Assembly: GCA_018676675.1 (NCBI GenBank)
Contig: JABHEG010000064.1
Span: forward strand, 26,211 to 90,210
Origin: Lentisphaerota bacterium
Lineage (GTDB): Bacteria; Verrucomicrobiota; Lentisphaeria; Oligosphaerales; JABHEG01
Direction: 5' to 3'
Length of the DNA stretch: 64,000 nt
This document shows, in pieces, positions 58,400 to 64,000 of this stretch. Under the pieces are notes generated by a model. The model ran no database searches. It had not been told where the DNA came from and saw only the letters and a list, made by a program, of their open reading frames with translations. The position numbers and the translations under genes are program-made. Numbering within the stretch: position 1 is the stretch's first letter; each line of letters opens with the position of its first letter.

Positions 58400-59059
58400 A
58401 TGCCCATGCAACGCGCTGTAATCTTCGATATGGATGGCGTTCTGACCGATTCTGAGCCGGTCATAAACGCAGCCGCAATCGCAGGACTTAAGGAGTTCGG
58501 CGTTGATGCCAAACCAGCCGATTTTCTGCCGTTCGTAGGAGCAGGCGAAGACCGGTACATCGGCGGCGTGGCCGCCCTGTACGGCAAGGAGTACGTCACG
58601 GAAATGAAGGACCGCGTCTACGAGATTTACCTTGAGATGCTGCCCAGCCGGATTCAGACGTTCGCCGGTGTGCATGACTTGCTCACAGCCCTCCGCAACA
58701 ACGCAACACCACTGGCGGTCGCGTCGAGCGCGGACCGGATAAAGGTGGTGGCGAACCTTGAGGCGATCGGGGTGGACCTCTCCTGGTTTGCCATAATCGT
58801 CACCGGTGAGGACGTCGAGCACAAGAAGCCTGCCCCGGACATCTACCTGTACACGGCCCGGAAGATGGCTTTGGATCCCGCCGCCTGCACCGTCGTCGAG
58901 GACGCGCTCCACGGCGTCCAGGCCGCGAAGGCCGCCGGGATGCGCTGCGTGGCCGTGGCCCACAGCTTCGAGGCACACGAGCTTGGGAAAGCGGGAGCCG
59001 ATGTGGTTCACACGACGATCGCTGACGTCTCCCTCACCGATCTACAGGTGGCGAGCTGA
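58400..59059 (+). CDS. HAD-superfamily hydrolase, subfamily IA (beta-phosphoglucomutase/phosphatase-like)
   Basis: Motif I AVIFDMDGVLTDSE, motif II LAVASSA, motif III/IV KKPAPDIY ... VVEDALHGVQAAKAAGM. Confidence 0.7.
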   Translation: MPMQRAVIFDMDGVLTDSEPVINAAAIAGLKEFGVDAKPADFLPFVGAGEDRYIGGVAALYGKEYVTEMKDRVYEIYLEMLPSRIQTFAGVHDLLTALRNNATPLAVASSADRIKVVANLEAIGVDLSWFAIIVTGEDVEHKKPAPDIYLYTARKMALDPAACTVVEDALHGVQAAKAAGMRCVAVAHSFEAHELGKAGADVVHTTIADVSLTDLQVAS

Positions 59060-59061
59060 GC

Positions 59062-59763
59062 TCAGCGTCCCTGCCTATACCTTCTGGGTCTGGCCTTCTC
59101 CAGAGCGTTGACGGTCAGCCTGTCCCACCCGGGGAACGTGAGCAGCGTCTCGAAAATAAAGGCGCAGGCCACGGCGTCGAAGAGCGCGTCATGCCAAACC
59201 CGGCCCGGACAGACCTCGATCGTCCTGTCGATGACATCCGCGCGCAGGGCCACCGTTTCTAGTTTGTGATCCACGAGGTCCGGCCAGGCGATCCGGGCGA
59301 GCTTGAGTGTGTCAAGCCAGGGGCCGAACGTGTGCAGGGGGAACGCGTCCTGAATGACCTTTCGTTCGGTAGCCACATTGTGAGCAGCCAGAGGTCTCCC
59401 GCAGAGGCGGTCACACAGCTCCGGCCAGATCTCAGGAAGGGTTGGGGCAGCAGCGATCTCCTCCGCAAGCTCAGCGTGCCGCCCCGGAGCAAAACGGTTG
59501 AACGGACGGTCTCCCGTGCGAAGCAAGCTGGTAAGTAAGGTCTCCGGCCTAACCCGACCGCCTTCGAGGCTTACCATACCGACTTGCCAGGGGACATCCG
59601 GGTGACCGGAAACGACCCCGGTCGTCTCGAAATCCACCACCACTATTGGGGCTTCGTTTGCCAACATCAGCGTTGCCTCAATCGTCCATCTCTGCACCGG
59701 CGGCTCAGGGCCCCGGCAGGAACGGGGTACAGTGACCGAGCCCACGTACGGAATCAAGGGCAC
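59062..59763 (-). CDS. DnaQ-like DEDDh 3'-5' exonuclease domain protein
   Basis: Exo I motif IVVVDFETTG, Exo II AHNVATERKVI, Exo III HDALFDAVA-like region. Confidence 0.6.
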   Translation of the reverse strand: MPLIPYVGSVTVPRSCRGPEPPVQRWTIEATLMLANEAPIVVVDFETTGVVSGHPDVPWQVGMVSLEGGRVRPETLLTSLLRTGDRPFNRFAPGRHAELAEEIAAAPTLPEIWPELCDRLCGRPLAAHNVATERKVIQDAFPLHTFGPWLDTLKLARIAWPDLVDHKLETVALRADVIDRTIEVCPGRVWHDALFDAVACAFIFETLLTFPGWDRLTVNALEKARPRRYRQGR

Positions 59764-60087
59764 CCCTTAGGGTTGGCGGGGAGATAGCTTCACATTTTGC
59801 TGCTGGTCATTTTGGTTTCTGGCCAGGCGCGAGCGAGCGGGCATATCTTGATATGTCCCGAGTGAAGCAACGAAGCCAGAGAGCAAAAGGGACGCAGCCC
59901 TACGGGGCGGGGCGGAGCACGGCCATTCGCGGCGTTTGACGCTTCGCTGCAGCCCAGCAGGCTGCCCGTCTCGCTACGCTCGGCTGTCGTCGCACACATA
60001 CCTCGGTATGCGTTGCTCCTCCTGCCTTCCGACTGACCATCCTGCGCTCCCGCCAAAATGCAAAGCCATTTCCCCGCCAACCCTTAG
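59764..60087. repeat. ~320-bp non-coding segment bounded by a 14-bp perfect inverted repeat (agggttggcgggga / tccccgccaaccct). Candidate MITE-like element or structured RNA.
   Basis: ccttagggttggcggggagatagc at 59766-59789. Its reverse complement gccatttccccgccaacccttagtg is at ~60062-60086. No sizeable ORF with a domain between them. Confidence 0.35.
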
Positions 60088-60210
60088 TGTGAGCGAAGAG
60101 ATCCCCGGCGAGAACCCCCTCACGACCTTGCTCTGGAGCGCCTGAAGGGCTAGAATTGTGGGCCACTGTGAGCGGTGCCCGACGGAGGCGTTGGGACCTG
60201 AAGAGAATGG

Positions 60211-61527
60211 ATGGAGACGCGCATGGCGAACGGCATCACCCGTCGAGGCTTCCTTACCCACTACGCCGCGGTTGCGGCAGGCGCCCTTGCCGCCCCCACA
60301 GTTCTCCCCTCGGCCGTCTTCGGAGCCGACGGTGACGTGGCTCCGAGTGATCGGATCACGCTGGGGATCATCGGGATGGGGAAGATGTGTAACGGCCATC
60401 TTGGCGGACTGATCGGCAAGAGGAGCGTCCAGATTGTCGCGCTTTGCGACGTCGAGTCAATCCGTCTGGAGCGCTGCAAGGAACGGGTCAACAAGGCCTA
60501 CTCGGAGCGTTTGGGGAAGGGCTACAAAGGCTGTGATACCTACGAGGATTTTCGCGATCTGCTGGCCCGCCCGGATATTGATGCCGTCTTCATTGCGACA
60601 CCGACCAATTGGCATGCCGTCATGTCAATCGAGGCCTGCAAGGCAGGGAAAGATGTCTACTGCGAGAAGCCACTGTCGCTGAGCATCCGCGAAGGCCGCG
60701 CCGTTGTGGAGGCAGCCAGGCGGTACAACCGTGTCTTCCAGACAGGCAGCCAGCAGCGTTCAGATTACGCGTTCCGTTTTGCCAGCGAACTGGTCCGCAA
60801 CGGGATGATCGGAGACGTCGAGTCCATCCATATCAATGTTGGCGGTCCTCCGGGTCCGTGCTACCTGCCGGCAGAGCCCACGCCCAAGACTCTCAACTGG
60901 GACCTGTGGGTGGGGCCCGCCCCGATGCGCCCGTACAACAAAGCTCTCTGCCCCCTCGATGACTACAAATCGTGGCCACGCTGGCGTTACTATCGCGGCT
61001 ACGGCGGAGGAGGAATGACCGACTGGGGGGCTCATCACTTTGACATCGCCCAGTGGGCCATGGGCATGGATGAGGCCGGACCAGTCGAGATCCTCCCACC
61101 TGAATGCAGTGAACAGAAGCGCTTGACCTACATCTATCCGAATGGAGCGCGGATGTACCACGGGGGTGCCAAAGGGGGAGCGGGAGTCGAGCTCTTCGGC
61201 ACCAAAGGCCGGATCGGCGTCAACCGCGGCGGCTTCCTGGAGACCGACCCCGGCGAGCTCAAACGGATCAAGTGGGGGCCCGATGATGTGCGCCTCTACG
61301 AGAGCCGGAATCACATCGAGAACTGGCTTTCCTGTATCCGGACCCGCCGTCAACCCATCTGTCACGCCGAGGTGGGCTGCCGTTCCATCACAGTGTGCCA
61401 CCTCGGGAATATGGCCTACCACTTGAAGCGCCCGCTGAAATGGGATCCCGGAGCAGAACGCTTCGTCGACGACCTGGCAGCCGACCGCTTCATCGGCCGT
61501 CCCATGCGAGCCCCATGGCGCGTCTAA
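60211..61527 (+). CDS. Gfo/Idh/MocA-family NAD(P)-dependent oxidoreductase with twin-arginine (TAT) signal peptide
   Basis: TRRGFLTHYAAVAAGALAAP TAT motif. Rossmann motif ITLGIIGMGKMCNGH. Gfo/Idh/MocA core DAVFIATPTNWHA...EKP. Confidence 0.8.
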   Translation: METRMANGITRRGFLTHYAAVAAGALAAPTVLPSAVFGADGDVAPSDRITLGIIGMGKMCNGHLGGLIGKRSVQIVALCDVESIRLERCKERVNKAYSERLGKGYKGCDTYEDFRDLLARPDIDAVFIATPTNWHAVMSIEACKAGKDVYCEKPLSLSIREGRAVVEAARRYNRVFQTGSQQRSDYAFRFASELVRNGMIGDVESIHINVGGPPGPCYLPAEPTPKTLNWDLWVGPAPMRPYNKALCPLDDYKSWPRWRYYRGYGGGGMTDWGAHHFDIAQWAMGMDEAGPVEILPPECSEQKRLTYIYPNGARMYHGGAKGGAGVELFGTKGRIGVNRGGFLETDPGELKRIKWGPDDVRLYESRNHIENWLSCIRTRRQPICHAEVGCRSITVCHLGNMAYHLKRPLKWDPGAERFVDDLAADRFIGRPMRAPWRV

Positions 61528-61589
61528 CCAGCGCCCAAACCAGCAAAGCCTTCTCAGGAACAGAACGCGAAACGCCCCGGGAACCGACC

Positions 61590-64000
61590 ATGAAAAGACG
61601 CTGCCGTTACTCACTTTGCCTGCTGGCCACAGTCGCACTGATGGGCTTCATTCCCCTCCGCTCCAACGCCGCTGAACCCCAATCCGTCCCTGCTGAAGAT
61701 ATCGAGAAGATGCAAAAGGCGTTACCGGACGCCTCGCCGACGGTCCCGGCGTCCCCGCGACGCGTTCTCGTGTTCGGCAAGTGCCGGGGGTTCTTCCACG
61801 GATCCATCCCGTGGGGGGCAGAATCGTTTGCTATTCTCGGTCGAAAAACCGGCGTGTTCGAAGCTGTCGTTGCGGATGACGAGAGCGTTTTCGAGGCCGA
61901 TTCTCTCGCCCGGTTCGACGCAATCCTGTTCAACAACGCCACCGGCGAGCTCTTCCACCCGGGTGACCTGAGCAAGCTGCCTGAATCCGAACAGAAGCAG
62001 GCAGTCGAGCGCGAAGCCCGTCGTAAGAAGAACGTCCTCGAGTTCGTCCGCGGCGGAAAAGGCATCATTGGTGTGCACGCCGCCACCGATTGCTCCTACA
62101 AGTGGGAAGACTACGGCAAGCTGATCGGTGGGTACTTCTCAGGGCACCCCTGGCACGAGGATGTCACCGTCAAAGTCGACGATCCGGCCCATCCCCTCTG
62201 CGCCGCCTTCAAAGGCCAGTCGTTCGTCATCAAGGACGAGATCTACCAGTTCCGCGATCCCTACTCACGCGACACGCTCCGCGTCCTGCTCAGCCTGGAC
62301 ACCGGGCGCACGAACATGAACAAAGGCAACAAGATCAAGCGCAAGGATGATGACTTCGCAGTCGCCTGGATCCAGGAAATCGGGAAGGGGCGCGTCTTCT
62401 ATTGCTCGCTTGGACACCGCAATGAGATCTTCTGGAATCGCCCTGTCATGCAGTTCTACCTGGCCGGCATTCAGTACGCCCTCGGCGATCTCACGGCCGA
62501 TGCCACCCCCAGTTCAAGGCTCAGTGCATCGTATGTCAGGAAGTCCAGGGAGCAGGGCAGGGAGGCCGGGCTTGACGCCATGTTCAAGGACATCCTGGTC
62601 TATGAAATGGGGGTCGACGACTCCAGTGCAAAACTCATCACTGCACAGGTCATTGCCGCACAGAAAACGAAGGACAAGACAGCTTGTGAAGAGCTGGCCA
62701 GACGCCTTTCCGGGGTCTTGGATGACGACGCGTCAGACGACTGCAAGCGGTTTGCCTGCAGACAGCTGGCCATCGTGGGCAACAAGGCCAGCGTTCCGGC
62801 TCTGGCCCGGCTCCTTCTGGATGATGAACTCGCCCACATGGCGCGCCATGCGTTGGAGCGCATTCCGGGCAGGAACGTGGACATTGCCCTGCGGGAAGCT
62901 GCTGTGAAAGCAAGCGGCCGAACGCAGGAGGGGATCATCAACTCTCTTGGTGCCCGGGGCAGCACGCGAGCAGTCCCCACGCTCATCCCCCTGCTTAGCC
63001 TGTCAGACACGGCAAGCGCGTCCGCCGCCGCGGCAGCCCTGGGCAAGATCGGAGGGAGCGACGCCCTGAAAGCGTTGCAGGACAGTCGCAGCAGAGCTCA
63101 CAGGGCAGTCATCCCCGCCATCGACAGAGCGCTGCTTCAATGCGCCGATGTGCTCCGCGGCAAGCGGGGATTTATCGGTACAGCCAAACGCAAAGCCCGT
63201 GGAACGTATGACCTGCTCCTCAGCCAAAGCAAAGACGACGGAGTCAAGGCGGCGGCCTTCTACGGAGCAACCATGCTTGCCGGGGCAGAGGGGGTCCGCA
63301 GCGTCATCGCAGTCCTGGCAGAAGAGGGCGGCGACATGCAGCGAGCCGCGGCCCGTCTGGTCCGCGATCTCCCGGGGAAGGACACCGCCATCCAGTTCGG
63401 CGCCTACTTCGCGAGTATTGCCGGCGCCAATCGGCCTACGGTCCTGGACGCTCTAGCAGAGCGTGGTGACAGCATTGTCCTGCCGGTCGTCCTTAAGGAG
63501 ATTGGCAGTGAGGACGACATCACTCGACTGGCAGCTCTCAGGGCCCTGCAGTTCCTGGGCAACTACTCGGCCGTGATGCCCCTTGCCTTGACGGCCGCAG
63601 CAGCCGAAGACAAGAGCGCAGTCCGAAACACGGCCAGACGTAGCCTGGATCGCATGACATCGCTGGACATTGACCCAACCATTGCCGCGGCGGTTTCCGA
63701 CACGACTGGGTCGGTGCAGATCGAGCTGATCAGGGCCCTGGGAGCGCGTAAGACAGTGGCCGCCGTCCCCGCGCTGCTTAAACAGGCACGATCAGAAGAT
63801 CGCGACGTCCGCAAGGAGTCGCTGAAAGCCCTGGGGTTGCTGGCGAGCACCACCGACCGTCCTGCGCTGGTGAAACTCCTGATCGAGACCAAGAGCGGAA
63901 CCAACCGCTCAGAACTGCAGAACATCGTCACCGCAATCAACCGCCGGATGAAAGACCAGGATGCCCGTGGAGAGGTCATTCTGGCCTCCCTGGTCACTCC
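61590..64000 (+). CDS. Secreted ThuA-like (class-I glutamine-amidotransferase-like) domain + HEAT/PBS-lyase-repeat protein. 3'-partial in the window, because the gene runs off the right edge.
   Basis: ATG at 61590 (MKRRCRYSLCLLATVALMGFIPLRSNA signal peptide). ThuA-like motifs FDAILFNNATGE, GGKGIIGVHAATD, GRVFYCSLGH. Then repeated ...ALGKIGGSDALKAL.../...ALGARKTVAAVPALL... HEAT-like units. Not in the ORF track because it lacks a stop in the window. Confidence 0.7.
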   Translation, partial: MKRRCRYSLCLLATVALMGFIPLRSNAAEPQSVPAEDIEKMQKALPDASPTVPASPRRVLVFGKCRGFFHGSIPWGAESFAILGRKTGVFEAVVADDESVFEADSLARFDAILFNNATGELFHPGDLSKLPESEQKQAVEREARRKKNVLEFVRGGKGIIGVHAATDCSYKWEDYGKLIGGYFSGHPWHEDVTVKVDDPAHPLCAAFKGQSFVIKDEIYQFRDPYSRDTLRVLLSLDTGRTNMNKGNKIKRKDDDFAVAWIQEIGKGRVFYCSLGHRNEIFWNRPVMQFYLAGIQYALGDLTADATPSSRLSASYVRKSREQGREAGLDAMFKDILVYEMGVDDSSAKLITAQVIAAQKTKDKTACEELARRLSGVLDDDASDDCKRFACRQLAIVGNKASVPALARLLLDDELAHMARHALERIPGRNVDIALREAAVKASGRTQEGIINSLGARGSTRAVPTLIPLLSLSDTASASAAAAALGKIGGSDALKALQDSRSRAHRAVIPAIDRALLQCADVLRGKRGFIGTAKRKARGTYDLLLSQSKDDGVKAAAFYGATMLAGAEGVRSVIAVLAEEGGDMQRAAARLVRDLPGKDTAIQFGAYFASIAGANRPTVLDALAERGDSIVLPVVLKEIGSEDDITRLAALRALQFLGNYSAVMPLALTAAAAEDKSAVRNTARRSLDRMTSLDIDPTIAAAVSDTTGSVQIELIRALGARKTVAAVPALLKQARSEDRDVRKESLKALGLLASTTDRPALVKLLIETKSGTNRSELQNIVTAINRRMKDQDARGEVILASLVT

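Noticed and set aside
60760-61638. 292-aa minus-strand ORF
   Set aside because: Antisense to the Gfo/Idh/MocA gene.

Overview
High-GC window (~62% GC by eye), densely coding, no rRNA, tRNA or CRISPR found. Gene content points to a Planctomycetota/Verrucomicrobiota-like (PVC) genome: TAT-signal Gfo/Idh/MocA oxidoreductase, a ThuA-like + HEAT-repeat protein, many large secreted CAZyme-like proteins, and a MoxR-DUF58-BatA operon. The provided ORF track omits ORFs that run off the window edges. I found two such genes by hand translation: a ~963-codon minus-strand beta-helix protein at 1..2889 and a ThuA/HEAT gene at 61590..64000. Main blocks are listed here. (1) 1-10.8 kb: secreted polysaccharide-active proteins (beta-helix protein, MFS transporter, LamG+GHL10 protein, heparinase II/III-like protein), plus a rhodanese and a GNAT. 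(2) 11-15 kb: a polytopic membrane protein divergent from a polyprenol-phosphate mannose synthase, followed by an HD-domain dGTPase-like gene. (3) 15.1-24.2 kb: caspase/C13-like peptidase, then MoxR AAA, DUF58, TM-vWA (BatA-like), and a 1440-aa low-complexity membrane protein whose gene carries three internal tandem DNA repeat arrays. (4) 24.2-26.5 kb: LamG + clan GH-A hydrolase. (5) 27.2-39.4 kb: the most unusual locus. It is a tightly packed plus-strand operon of PspA/IM30 (ESCRT-III-like), a classic AAA ATPase, a TerB-like protein, an NfeD-like protein, a flotillin (SPFH), a 1754-aa giant protein with a single C-terminal MoxR/AAA_5-type ATPase domain, and an M20 peptidase. A near-consensus sigma70-like promoter sits in front of it. 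(6) A repeat-rich 350-bp intergenic at 39.4-39.8 kb, a PfkB kinase, and two large secreted CBM-like/GH-like proteins. (7) A radical-SAM + epimerase pair, a non-phosphorylative L-fucose-type catabolic cluster (AKR, FucU, lactonase, MDR dehydrogenase, GntR/PBP regulator) with an 8-bp x 8 tandem repeat in a 5' UTR, a GNAT, PPDK, a 32-aa highly basic ORF with a strong RBS, a HAD hydrolase and a DnaQ-like exonuclease. (8) A distal 14-bp perfect inverted-repeat pair, then Gfo/Idh/MocA and ThuA-HEAT genes. All functional calls come from motif recognition by eye. No database search was run.
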